NCBI GenBank assembly: GCA_964604015.1
Contig: CAZRXF010000012.1
Location: forward strand, 67,068 to 131,067
Direction of reading: 5' to 3'
Source of the DNA: an uncultured Pseudomonadota bacterium
GTDB lineage: Bacteria; Babelota; Babeliae; Babelales; CAIQNR01
Length of the DNA stretch: 64,000 nt
Below the pieces are notes generated by a model, which was given only the letters and a program-made list of their open reading frames with translations, was not told the origin of the DNA and did no database searches. The position numbers and the translations under genes were made by a program. Below, in pieces: positions 51,346 to 60,937 of this stretch (positions within the stretch are counted from its first letter, which is position 1; the number at the start of each line of letters is the position of its first letter).

Positions 51346-51732
51346 TTATTGCCTGTTGTCTTTTTTGGTGTTCTGAGCGTCTAACGCTGAAAGTTGTTGG
51401 TATCCTCCAGTAAGAGCGCCTGTTATCGCGAGAGAAAGTCCTGTGCTGATCATCCTTGTATAGATCCACTTATTCGTTTCGTTTCCGTTACAAGGGGAAA
51501 ACGCGGGAGTTTCAGAATGCGGACCACACAAAAATTGTTCTACATAGTCACATGCAGCATATCCAAGTCCCCCAATAGTAGCTGTCAAAAGTCCAACAAC
51601 AACCATATTTTGTGGAACGTGCGATGCGGTCTGAAGTTCATGAAGTTTTTGAGTATTGCTGTCGGAACAAAAAGAGGAGCAAGGGATCATGGAAAGGACA
51701 AGGGAAAGAAAAAGCTTTGAACTAATATTCAT
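51346..51732 (-). CDS. small membrane protein, member 1 of a tandem TM-hairpin family
   Basis: Signal MNISSKLFLSLVLSMIPCSSFC. TM1 MVVVGLLTATIGGLGYAA, loop ..FLCGPHSETPAFSPCN.. (C-x11-C), TM2 MISTGLSLAITGALTGGY, basic tail. Confidence 0.55.
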   Translation of the reverse strand: MNISSKLFLSLVLSMIPCSSFCSDSNTQKLHELQTASHVPQNMVVVGLLTATIGGLGYAACDYVEQFLCGPHSETPAFSPCNGNETNKWIYTRMISTGLSLAITGALTGGYQQLSALDAQNTKKDNRQ

Positions 51733-51953
51733 ACGGATTCCAAATTTTTAAGGTTTAAAAAACAGAGGATAGCGATTTTTTAAAGCTCTGTAAGCTTTTT
51801 GAAAGTAAGAAATATTTATAAGACGATGTATGAATGGCACACTTGGTTTTCCTAAAAAAGGCTTTAGGAGGCTTTTTAAGCTTTACAAAAAATCTTGTCT
51901 CGGTACCCTTAAAAATTCGTAGATTCAGTCTCATTACCAAAGGGAGTTTTTCC

Positions 51954-53924
51954 ATGGTTCAACTCTATACCGCACTGTTTGCCGTTATTGGCGTGGGGGC
52001 GGTGAGTGTTGGTCTTCTTTTTTCTCAGACACGAGCAAAAGGGGTGACCAATGCAAAAGCAAAAAAGATAGCGGATGCTATTGCGCAGGGGGCGATGACC
52101 TTCTTGCGAGAGGAATACAAAATTATTGCAGTGGTGGTAGCGCTTATAGCTGGGGTACTTGGTTACACGCTTGGTGTAGTTCCTGCGGGTGCCTTTGTTG
52201 CAAGCTCAGTACTTTCATTAGCAACCGGTTTTTTGGGTATGCGTGCAGCAACTTCAGCAAACGTACGTACAACCGTTGCAGCACAAGAATCGGGTGAGCA
52301 CCGTGCATTCCTGACCGCTTTTTTTGGCGGTGGTGTGATGGGCTTTGCAGTAGCAACTTTTGGGCTCTTTGGTATGACCGTTGTAATGCATCACTATGGT
52401 CTTGCAGATAACATTGTCATGATCTTGACTTGTTTTGGTCTCGGGGCGAGTGTTGTTGCATTTTTTGCTCGTATCGGTGGTGGTATTTACACGAAATCGG
52501 CAGACGTTGGCGCTGATCTTGTCGGAAAACTTGAACTGGGTATTCCTGAAGATGATCCACGTAATCCTGCAGTTATTGCAGATAACGTGGGTGACTGTGT
52601 TGGCGATACCGCTGGCATGGGTGCCGACATTTATGAATCGTATGTCAGTGCAATGGTTTCAACCGTTATTCTGGGGTTAACGCTCCATGCAGGAGACAGT
52701 GCGTATGCAGTGTTGCCATTGGCGCTTTCTGGTATTGGTCTTGTCAGCTCGGTGTTTGGATTACTTTCAAATTTGGTCTTAAAATTTGGTCCTGCTGCTA
52801 TGCTTCGTAATGCAACTTACGTTGCCGTTGTCGCATTTTTGGGTGGTTCGTACTGGTATCTGAAGGCGAATGATCTTCCAATTGAACTGTTCTATGCTTG
52901 TGTAATTGGATGTCTTTCGGGGATTGTTATTGGCCTCGTGACTGAATATTACACTGGTGGTGCTCCCGTGAGGAAACTTGCACAAAGTTCAGAATCAGGT
53001 GCCGCAACCAACATCATCTACGGTCTTTCTTTGGGGATGGAATCGGTGTGTGCACCGGTTGTTCTTCTTGGGGCTGCAGTAGTTGCTGCGTATATGTTTG
53101 GTGGACATGATTTGTATGCGGTAGCGCTTGCTGCAGTTGCTATGCTTGCTACCGTCGGTATTACTATGACGGTTGATGCGTATGGTCCTATTGCTGATAA
53201 TGCAGGTGGGATTGCTGAAATGTCTGGTATGGGCAAAGAAGTTCGTGCCATTACCGACAAACTCGACACCCTTGGAAATACCACTGCTGCTATGGGCAAA
53301 GGATTTGCAATTGGTTCAGCGTTGTTGACAGCACTTGCCCTGTTTTCTGCCTTTAGTGAAAGTGCGCATATCTCTCAACTGAATGCGTTTGATCCATGGG
53401 TCCTGCTTGGCATGATCATCGGTGGAGCAATGCCATTCTTGGTTTCTGCATTCACGATGCGTTCTGTGGGTAACACGGCCTGGAAGATGGTGCTTGAAGT
53501 GCGTCGTCAATTCACTGCGATCCCTGGCCTAATGGAAGGGAAAGCAGATCCTGACTACGAACGTTGCATTGCGATTAGTACCTATGCCGCATTGCATGAA
53601 ATGATCTTGCCTGGTGTGATAACTATCGTTCTGCCAATCATCGTTAAATTCACCTTGGGCAATGAAGCGCTTGGCGGTCTTTTGGTTGGTGCAACTCTGA
53701 CTGGTATCATGCTTGCGCTTATGATGGCAAACGGTGGTGGTGCTTGGGATAACGCAAAGAAGTACATCGAAGCGGGTAATCTCGGCGGAAAAGGTTCTGT
53801 AGCGCACAAATCTGCGGTCGTTGGTGATACGGTTGGTGATCCGTTTAAGGATACCTCCGGTCCGGCGCTGAACATTCTGGTGAAACTGATGGCGATTGTT
53901 TCATTGCTGTTGGTGGGAATGTAA
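51954..53924 (+). CDS. hppA: membrane-integral (H+/Na+-translocating) pyrophosphatase, K+-dependent-type signature
   Basis: GGG(I/V)YTKSADVGADLVGK, DNVGDCVGDTAGMGADIYESY, GNTTAAMGKGFAIGSA, DNAKKYIE, VGDTVGDPFKDTSGP. ORF trimmed to Met41 (MVQLYTALF), 7 nt after AAAGGGAG. Confidence 0.92.
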   Translation: MVQLYTALFAVIGVGAVSVGLLFSQTRAKGVTNAKAKKIADAIAQGAMTFLREEYKIIAVVVALIAGVLGYTLGVVPAGAFVASSVLSLATGFLGMRAATSANVRTTVAAQESGEHRAFLTAFFGGGVMGFAVATFGLFGMTVVMHHYGLADNIVMILTCFGLGASVVAFFARIGGGIYTKSADVGADLVGKLELGIPEDDPRNPAVIADNVGDCVGDTAGMGADIYESYVSAMVSTVILGLTLHAGDSAYAVLPLALSGIGLVSSVFGLLSNLVLKFGPAAMLRNATYVAVVAFLGGSYWYLKANDLPIELFYACVIGCLSGIVIGLVTEYYTGGAPVRKLAQSSESGAATNIIYGLSLGMESVCAPVVLLGAAVVAAYMFGGHDLYAVALAAVAMLATVGITMTVDAYGPIADNAGGIAEMSGMGKEVRAITDKLDTLGNTTAAMGKGFAIGSALLTALALFSAFSESAHISQLNAFDPWVLLGMIIGGAMPFLVSAFTMRSVGNTAWKMVLEVRRQFTAIPGLMEGKADPDYERCIAISTYAALHEMILPGVITIVLPIIVKFTLGNEALGGLLVGATLTGIMLALMMANGGGAWDNAKKYIEAGNLGGKGSVAHKSAVVGDTVGDPFKDTSGPALNILVKLMAIVSLLLVGM

Positions 53925-53951
53925 AACCGCCTTTTACAAAGATCCTTAAAA

Positions 53952-53979
53952 AGCCTCTGAATTTTCAGGGGCTTTTTTA
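53952..53979 (+). terminator. intrinsic terminator after hppA
   Basis: Stem gcctctga/tcaggggc (one G-U pair), 4-nt loop, then a T6 run. Confidence 0.65.
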
Positions 53980-54073
53980 ATGCGGTAAAAATGAGTTTTT
54001 GACGAATATGGCTTTTCTAATGGTGTTTTTGATAGGACTAGCAGTGTCTTTCAACCGTTAGAAAGGACGTAGT

Positions 54074-55207
54074 ATGAATAAAAAACAAATTGAAGGAGTG
54101 AAAGAAGTTTCACTCAGGGCGATAATAGTTGCAGTGCTCTTGGTCCTTACCTGTGTTCTTGATGCCCATGCACGTACGCTTGAAAAAGTTACGTTTACCT
54201 ATAATCGAAAAATAGCTGTTGATATCCCTGCGCTTGCCCAGATTTCTCAGGAGGTCTCTCAGTTTCTTTCGACGGTTCACAAAAGTGCGTATGTGCAGGT
54301 TGATGAGGGTAAAATTTTTCAGGGTATCATTTCGTTTGATGATGTGAAGGCAACAGCAGACTTTCTTGCAAAGACGGCGCGTGAAAATCCTGCCTGGCTG
54401 AAAACGCACTGGTATTACAACACCTTCTTTGACTTTTATCGTTTGTATTCTGATGGGACCTCGTGTCCTGCAAAAATTGGCAAGTTACCACGAGGTTGGA
54501 AGGGCGCTCCCGAGCATCATCGTATTACGACGTATCGTGTCTGCAAAATTCCCGGATCTCAGAAAAAAACGAAGAAGCATATCTTTCCGTTGTATAGTCG
54601 TCCGGTTGATGAACAGGGAAAAACACCAAGTCACATTCGTGAACATAAAAAAACACTGACTCGCTTTGCATATACGCGTCAGCAAATAGTTGATGGCGCA
54701 TTAGAACCGGGAAAGGCGCAGGTCCTTGCCTGGGTAACACCGGAGGGGTACAACGAACTAGTGATGCAAGGAAGTGCCGTTATTGATTTTGAAGATGGAT
54801 CGCCGCTTACAACATTTCAGGCAGTGGTACATAATGAAAAAAATGTAGGTGATAAATATTGGTTTATTGCTCCTTACGAAAAGAAAAAACCTTCAAAAAA
54901 ATATCCGGTAAAAGTTGATCCAGTACCAGGAGTATCGTTTGCGGGAAATATACCAGAACTTGGTTTTGGAAAGTTGCTGGTGATGGTTGGTAAAAATCCG
55001 CTGACGTTAGAAAAAGAGATGCGGGTTGGGATGCTTGTCGATACAGGGCATGCGTTTCAGGACAATCTGTGTAAGTTTGATTTGTTTACGGGATACTTTG
55101 AAAATCATGAGCAATCTGCTTCACACGCTCGCCAGTATCCGCATACAGCTGAAATGTACATTTTGATTAAAAAAAGAGGGAGAAGGGGTGTAGCGTCACC
55201 CCTTTGA
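54074..55207 (+). CDS. MltA-like lytic murein transglycosylase (tentative)
   Basis: N-terminal anchor. The C-terminal 3D-domain-like stretch MRVGMLVDTGHAFQDNLCKFDLFTGY resembles the MltA motif ...aqDtGgAIkG..r.DlF.G. AAAGGA RBS. Confidence 0.6.
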   Translation: MNKKQIEGVKEVSLRAIIVAVLLVLTCVLDAHARTLEKVTFTYNRKIAVDIPALAQISQEVSQFLSTVHKSAYVQVDEGKIFQGIISFDDVKATADFLAKTARENPAWLKTHWYYNTFFDFYRLYSDGTSCPAKIGKLPRGWKGAPEHHRITTYRVCKIPGSQKKTKKHIFPLYSRPVDEQGKTPSHIREHKKTLTRFAYTRQQIVDGALEPGKAQVLAWVTPEGYNELVMQGSAVIDFEDGSPLTTFQAVVHNEKNVGDKYWFIAPYEKKKPSKKYPVKVDPVPGVSFAGNIPELGFGKLLVMVGKNPLTLEKEMRVGMLVDTGHAFQDNLCKFDLFTGYFENHEQSASHARQYPHTAEMYILIKKRGRRGVASPL

Positions 55208-55222
55208 TACCCCTCTTTTCCT

Positions 55223-55762
55223 TTACAACCCAAAAGAGCTCTTAACTTCTGCAATCAACATGTCTTTTGGCATCGCTCCAATCTTCTGTTCGTGTACTTT
55301 TCCTTTTTGTAGAAAGACGATAGTAGGAAGGCTGGTGACAGATCCTTTGGCAAGGTGTTCTTCTTCAGCTTTTCTCATGACATTCAGGTTGTCACAATCG
55401 ATGCTGTAGAATGCAACTTTGCCTTTAAATTCTTTTGCGACATCTTCGTAATAGCTTGCAAGATGGTTACATGCCCCACACCATTGTGCAGAAAATTTTA
55501 TGACACAAGGTTCTTCGCAATTCTTGATGTAATCAACGCAACAAGGATCGGTTACTTCATAGACGATAGCCTCTGGCTTGCAGGGCTCAGCGGCCTTTTT
55601 TTCTGTAGGCTCTTCCGTCGTTGTATCAAGGCCGGTAGCTGGTTGTTGCATGCTCTCCATTGTGGAAGGCTTACGAGATTTAATGAAGTAGAGTGATGCT
55701 AAGCAGATTGCTGCAGTAGTAAGTCCAATAAGGAGCCAGGGGGTTTGTTTTTTACGCGTCAT
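55223..55762 (-). CDS. membrane-anchored thioredoxin-like thiol:disulfide oxidoreductase
   Basis: N-terminal TM segment (WLLIGLTTAAICLASLYFI). Thioredoxin fold with active site WCGAC (FSAQWCGACNHL) and cis-Pro region SLPTIVF. Confidence 0.8.
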   Translation of the reverse strand: MTRKKQTPWLLIGLTTAAICLASLYFIKSRKPSTMESMQQPATGLDTTTEEPTEKKAAEPCKPEAIVYEVTDPCCVDYIKNCEEPCVIKFSAQWCGACNHLASYYEDVAKEFKGKVAFYSIDCDNLNVMRKAEEEHLAKGSVTSLPTIVFLQKGKVHEQKIGAMPKDMLIAEVKSSFGL

Positions 55763-56221
55763 AGCAATTTCCTTTCGTTTAAAAATTGCACGTTACAGAA
55801 AACATTTGGAAAAACATCCTACTTTTAGGTCACATACTTGTAAATTTTTACGATCGACAAAATGGTCAAATGACTAATAAAGAAAAAAATATGAAAAAAA
55901 TGTGTAGAAAAAAGTTGAAATGAGCTATATGTGCACACCATTAAAAAGTTTCAAAAAGAAAACTTTTGTTTTGTGTGAATTTTAGAAATTGAAGAATATG
56001 CGTTTTAAAAAATAACAAGAAATTTATTTGATTACCAAAGGAGAAATGGGTACAGTGATCTTCCATCTTTTACAGTACTGTTAATACTCATTGAAAAAAA
56101 TATAAAAATTTTTCCGCTTATTTTAGGTAATAAAGTAAAGAGAGGAGCACGAGAGAAAAGTGGTTGTTGCAATGCGCGTGTAAAAGGGTCGAGAGTAACC
56201 GTCAGTAGAAAGGAACAGAAC

Positions 56222-58777
56222 ATGGATAAACGAAAAGATTTTTCACTGCATATTCAATACGGAATTGCTGGAGTTGACGGACAAGAGGGAGAGCATGGAG
56301 CTGTTCCTTTGTTTACGATCAGTAAACGGAATGGGCAGTTGGTTCCTTTGGATCAAGAGAAGATCTATCTGAGCCTTCAGCGAGCGTGCCAAGGACTTGG
56401 AAGCGCTGTTTCTGTCCCATTAATTCTGCAGGAAGTGGTTAAAAACCTTCACGATAATGCGACGACAAAGGACATTGAGGATGCTCTTGTCCTGAGTGCG
56501 ATATCGTTTATTGAAAAAGATCCAGCGTATAGCAAGGTGGCGGCACGTTTGTTACGTCAGAAGATTTCTAAAGAAATTTTCGAGGTTTCTATTACTGAAG
56601 AAACGTACGCGTTTCATTACAAGAAATCATTTGTTGAGAGCATTAAGGAGCAGGTGCAGCTTGAGTTGTTAGATCCTCGTATGCTCGAATTTGATCTTGA
56701 GTTTTTGGCAGAAAAATTAGCTATTGAGCGCGATGATTACATTGAATATTTGGGGCTTTTCAATCTCTATGAGCGATATTTTTCAAAAATTGGTGAACGC
56801 CATGTCGAATTGCCACAAATGTTTTGGATGCGCGTGGCAATGGGGCTGTGTCTTTTTGAATCAAATAAAAATCAATATGCAGTTGAGTTTTATGAAAACA
56901 TGTCAAAATTACAGTATGTTCCTGGTACGCCGACGCTTTTACATTCAGGTACAGCACATCCGCAGCTTAGCTCATGCTTTTTAACGACTATCAGTGATGA
57001 TCTTCATCATATTTTTAAATGTATGGGCGATAACGCACAAATGGCTCGCTGGTCTGGTGGTATTGCAAATGACTGGACGCCGTTGCGTGCAACAGGTGCA
57101 TTTATAAAATCAATTCGATCAGGAAGCCAAGGGACTATTCCATTCTTAAAGATTGCTAACGATGTGAATGCTGCTATCAATCGTAGTGGGCGTCGTCGAG
57201 GAGCAACGGTTGCCTACATGGAAACGTGGCATCTCGATATTGAAGACTTTCTTGATTTACGCCGTAACACGGGTGATGAACGTCGTCGTACGCACGATAT
57301 GAATACCGCAAACTGGATTCCCGATCTTTTCATGAAGCGTGTGATGGAAGAAGGTGAGTGGACGCTCTTTACGCCCGATGAAACACCAGATCTTCATGAC
57401 TTGTATGGTAAAGCGTTTGAAAAACGTTACCAAGAATATGAAGAGCTTGCGCGTCAAGGAAAGATGAAAATTACCAAGACGATGCCTGCTGTAGAGCTGT
57501 GGCGTAAGATGCTTACCCGTCTTTTTGAAACCGGCCATCCGTGGCTTACCTTCAAAGATGCGTGCAATGTTCGTTCTCCTCAAGATCACGTTGGTGTAGT
57601 GCATAGTTCAAATCTCTGTACCGAAATTACATTGAATACGTCAGAAGAAGAAACGGCAGTGTGTAATTTAGGTTCGATCAATTTAGGTATTCACACGTCT
57701 GATGAAGGGGTGATGAACTTTGAAGAACTTGAAAAAACGATTAAGACATCGATTCGTATGCTTGATAATGTGATTGATATCAATTTCTATCCAGTCAAAG
57801 AAGGAGCGACGTCTAATAAGCGTCACCGTCCTATTGGGTTAGGGATCATGGGTTTCCAGGATATGCTTTTCAAGATGAACATCAGTTTTGCATCACAGGA
57901 AGCATTAGAGATTGCTGATAAAGTGGGTGAATTTGTTGCGTATCACGCGATTCTTGCATCTTCAGAATTGGCAAAAGAGCGTGGAGCGTACTCAACGTTC
58001 AAAGGTTCAAAGTGGGATAGAAACTTGTTCCCAGTCGATACGATTGATCTGCTTCAAGAAGAACGTGGTATTAATATTCCTCTTTCTCGTGGTGGGCACC
58101 TTGATTGGACGCCAGTGCGTGAGCATGTCAAAAAATACGGCATGCGTAATTCAAACACCATGGCTGTAGCCCCTACCGCGACCATTTCAAACATTTCAGG
58201 ATGTTTTCCGTGCATCGAGCCGATTTATAAAAATCTGTACGTCAAGGCGAATATGGGTGGTGAGTTTACCGTTATCAATCGTTACCTTGTCGATGATTTG
58301 AAGAAGTTGGGATTGTGGAATCATGACATGGTCGATCTTATCAAGTACTACGATGGGAGTATTCAGCGCATAGAAGCAATTCCTCAGGAAATTCGTAGCA
58401 AGTATCTTGAAGCATTCGAAATTGACGCGATGTGGCTTCTGGAACTTTCTGCTGCCCGTGGTAAATGGATTGATCAAAGCCAATCTCATAACGTATTTCT
58501 CAACTCAGTTTCAGGAAAAGTGCTTGACACGGTGTATAAGCGTGCATGGCAATTAGGCCTTAAATGTACGTACTATCTGCGTACACTGGGAGCGAGTCAA
58601 ATTGAAAAAGCAACGCTCGATGCCAAAAAATTTGGATTTACCCAAAAAAGAAGTTATGACGCTTCTCTTGCTTCAGGGGCTCCTGTGCAAGAGGCATTTG
58701 CTCCTGCGCAAGTGCTTTCTCAGGAAGAAGTAAAGGCGTGCAGTCTGGAAAATCCTGATTGCGAAGCATGCCAGTAG
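56222..58777 (+). CDS. nrdA: ribonucleoside-diphosphate reductase alpha subunit (class I) with N-terminal ATP-cone
   Basis: ATP-cone ISKRNGQLVPLDQEKI. Active site SNLCTEI and SSCFL. C-terminal redox pair CEAC. 851 aa. AAAGGA RBS. Confidence 0.93.
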   Translation: MDKRKDFSLHIQYGIAGVDGQEGEHGAVPLFTISKRNGQLVPLDQEKIYLSLQRACQGLGSAVSVPLILQEVVKNLHDNATTKDIEDALVLSAISFIEKDPAYSKVAARLLRQKISKEIFEVSITEETYAFHYKKSFVESIKEQVQLELLDPRMLEFDLEFLAEKLAIERDDYIEYLGLFNLYERYFSKIGERHVELPQMFWMRVAMGLCLFESNKNQYAVEFYENMSKLQYVPGTPTLLHSGTAHPQLSSCFLTTISDDLHHIFKCMGDNAQMARWSGGIANDWTPLRATGAFIKSIRSGSQGTIPFLKIANDVNAAINRSGRRRGATVAYMETWHLDIEDFLDLRRNTGDERRRTHDMNTANWIPDLFMKRVMEEGEWTLFTPDETPDLHDLYGKAFEKRYQEYEELARQGKMKITKTMPAVELWRKMLTRLFETGHPWLTFKDACNVRSPQDHVGVVHSSNLCTEITLNTSEEETAVCNLGSINLGIHTSDEGVMNFEELEKTIKTSIRMLDNVIDINFYPVKEGATSNKRHRPIGLGIMGFQDMLFKMNISFASQEALEIADKVGEFVAYHAILASSELAKERGAYSTFKGSKWDRNLFPVDTIDLLQEERGINIPLSRGGHLDWTPVREHVKKYGMRNSNTMAVAPTATISNISGCFPCIEPIYKNLYVKANMGGEFTVINRYLVDDLKKLGLWNHDMVDLIKYYDGSIQRIEAIPQEIRSKYLEAFEIDAMWLLELSAARGKWIDQSQSHNVFLNSVSGKVLDTVYKRAWQLGLKCTYYLRTLGASQIEKATLDAKKFGFTQKRSYDASLASGAPVQEAFAPAQVLSQEEVKACSLENPDCEACQ

Positions 58778-58788
58778 AAAGGATATAT

Positions 58789-59799
58789 ATGAAAAGAATG
58801 AATACTTCGGGGATTATCTCTAACTCAAAGACTGATCCCAATAAAATTTTACCAATGCGTTATTTGTGGGCTCGCGAACATTACAAAAATGGTATTGCTA
58901 ACAGCTGGACCCCTGAAGAAGTTTCAATGCAAAAAGATGTTGAACAGTGGAAGGATCCGAAGTTCCTTACAGCAGATGAACGGCATTTGATTCTGTGGAA
59001 TTTGGGCTTTTTTTCGACTGCTGAATCGTTGACAGCTAATAACTTGGTGCTTGCTGTGTATCGTCACGTGACTAACCCTGAATGTCGTCAGTACCTGCTG
59101 CGCCAAGCGTTTGAAGAGGCAGTGCACACAGACACGTTCATTTATTGCAGCGATTCATTGGGACTTAACCCGGATGAGTTGTATAACATGTATCTCACGA
59201 TCCCTTCGATTGCTGAAAAAGATAGCTTTGTTATTGACCTGACAACCTCGATCTTTGATCCAACGTTTGAAATCCATGATCTTGCATCATTACGAAAGTT
59301 CCTTCATGACCTGATCGGGTACTACGTCATCATGGAAGGGATCTTCTTCTATGCTGGTTTTGCCATGATGCTTGCGTTAAAACGTCAGAACAAAATGATT
59401 GGCATTGGCGAACAATTTGAATACATCATGCGTGATGAAAGTATTCATCTTGCTTTTGGATGCGATCTTATCAACACGATCAAACGAGAAAATCCAGACG
59501 TATGGACCAAGGAATTTCAAGATGAGATTGTTGAACTTATTCGTAAGGCAGTAAAGCTTGAAGCAGCCTATGCATTTGATGCATGTCCTCGCGGTCTTCT
59601 GGGAATCAGTACTCAACAGTTTGTAAATTACGTTGAGTATATTGCTGACCGCCGTCTTGAACGAATTGATCTTCCTCGGTTGTACAACAAAGAAAATCCG
59701 TTTCCATGGATGTCGCAAGCGACCGATTTAAGTAAAGAGAAAAACTTCTTTGAATCACGTGTTACTGAATATCGTAGTGGTGGTTCGCTCGAGTGGTAG
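58789..59799 (+). CDS. nrdB: ribonucleoside-diphosphate reductase beta subunit, class Ic-type (Phe at radical site)
   Basis: Ferritin-like ligand motifs FFSTAES, EEAVHTDTF, MEGIFFYAGF, RDESIH. Phe (nt 59137..59139) sits at His+4 where class Ia has the radical Tyr. Start set to Met11, after the nrdA stop. Confidence 0.92.
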   Translation: MKRMNTSGIISNSKTDPNKILPMRYLWAREHYKNGIANSWTPEEVSMQKDVEQWKDPKFLTADERHLILWNLGFFSTAESLTANNLVLAVYRHVTNPECRQYLLRQAFEEAVHTDTFIYCSDSLGLNPDELYNMYLTIPSIAEKDSFVIDLTTSIFDPTFEIHDLASLRKFLHDLIGYYVIMEGIFFYAGFAMMLALKRQNKMIGIGEQFEYIMRDESIHLAFGCDLINTIKRENPDVWTKEFQDEIVELIRKAVKLEAAYAFDACPRGLLGISTQQFVNYVEYIADRRLERIDLPRLYNKENPFPWMSQATDLSKEKNFFESRVTEYRSGGSLEW

Positions 59800-59917
59800 A
59801 AAGTTTTGGTGGAGGTGCCGTTAATGATGGAAGGGCTGGTGGCGAACATCGGCCCTTTTTTTTACCAAAGATTCAACTACACTGGTGATGTTTTAACTAT
59901 TTTTACGAGGGTGTGTC

Positions 59918-60793
59918 ATGAAAACTCGTCTGAGATTAGTGGCCTTTGTAGCTGCTCTTGCGTGTGTGTTTTTAGTTTTTTTTAAGACGAAAACGAAAAC
60001 ACCTACTATTGCCGGATTTGTGAAATCTGACATTGAAGAAGTTTTGAAAATAACAGGATTAACATATGACGGTACCATAAGTGATTTGGTTGCAGTTACT
60101 CAAAAAGGATGGTTACGTCCAGCGCACCAGGAACGATGGGAAATTCAAGAACATCCTTATGAAAAGAAGCGTGATCAATTACTTCCGGTCTTTGTTCGCA
60201 TGGGATTAGTAAATGCGATGGAACTTACAAAATCTTCTTATGACCATATTCTCTTTATGCGGGCTACCGTATTTTCCATGAACTCTCGTATGGAAAAGCT
60301 TAAGGAGGTTGTATCTCATCTTGCTTCGTATCATGATATAGCATTGCTTTCAGGATGCCGTTATTTGGTGCAGGGTGAACGAGAATTTTTAGAAAAACGA
60401 GGGTGGACAAATCTTCCTGAAACTGAGGCTGGGGCACTCAAGCGTTTGTTTGAGGAAAGTTTAACGTTCTCTGACAAGGTGGTGCTTATTGATTCCCCGC
60501 AAAAAAAATCTCTTGATGGTGTAATGGTTCGCCCTACAACAGCAGATACCGTTGAGGATTGGCTTAAAACACAACCTAAAAAGGGAACAGTTTTAGTTAT
60601 CTCATCCCAGCCATTTTGCCATTACCAAAGAATTGTAACTGAATCGTTGTTGCCATGTACTTTTGTGGTTGATGTTGTTGGTGCGCAATCACCTGAAAAT
60701 ACAACCATGGCAGTCTATCTCGATATGCTTGCTCGTACGCTGTATCAGTGGAACAACGGGAACAAATGTGCCCAAAAAAACGAGAAAAAATAA
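59918..60793 (+). CDS. membrane-anchored hypothetical protein (possibly DUF218/YdcF-like)
   Basis: N-terminal TM segment LVAFVAALACVFLVFF. Weak resemblance to the DUF218 layout (HILFMRATVF..., VLVISSQPFCHYQR). Function not established. Confidence 0.55.
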   Translation: MKTRLRLVAFVAALACVFLVFFKTKTKTPTIAGFVKSDIEEVLKITGLTYDGTISDLVAVTQKGWLRPAHQERWEIQEHPYEKKRDQLLPVFVRMGLVNAMELTKSSYDHILFMRATVFSMNSRMEKLKEVVSHLASYHDIALLSGCRYLVQGEREFLEKRGWTNLPETEAGALKRLFEESLTFSDKVVLIDSPQKKSLDGVMVRPTTADTVEDWLKTQPKKGTVLVISSQPFCHYQRIVTESLLPCTFVVDVVGAQSPENTTMAVYLDMLARTLYQWNNGNKCAQKNEKK

Positions 60794-60816
60794 ATCTGAA
60801 TAAAAAACTTTCGATT

Positions 60817-60846
60817 AAAAAAGCCTGCAGTAAGCGGGCTTTTTTT
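60817..60846 (+). terminator. intrinsic terminator
   Basis: A-run, stem agcctgc/gcgggct (one G-U pair), loop agtaa, then a T7 run. Confidence 0.6.
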
Positions 60847-60937
60847 AGGTGTTTCTTGTGTGTGTTCTGGTGAGTGCGTTACAACTAAGAAGGAAGTTGA
60901 GGATATAAAAAAAGCTCTAAAAAAGGGGGAATAAGCC

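Noticed and set aside
55763-56221. NrdR boxes or other operators in the 460-bp AT-rich nrdA leader; also the 63-aa ORF 56032..56223(-)
   Set aside because: I found no convincing 16-bp acaC-AtATaT-Gtgt palindrome pair, only short partial matches such as gctatatgtgcacac. The antisense ORF has no RBS and overlaps the nrdA start.
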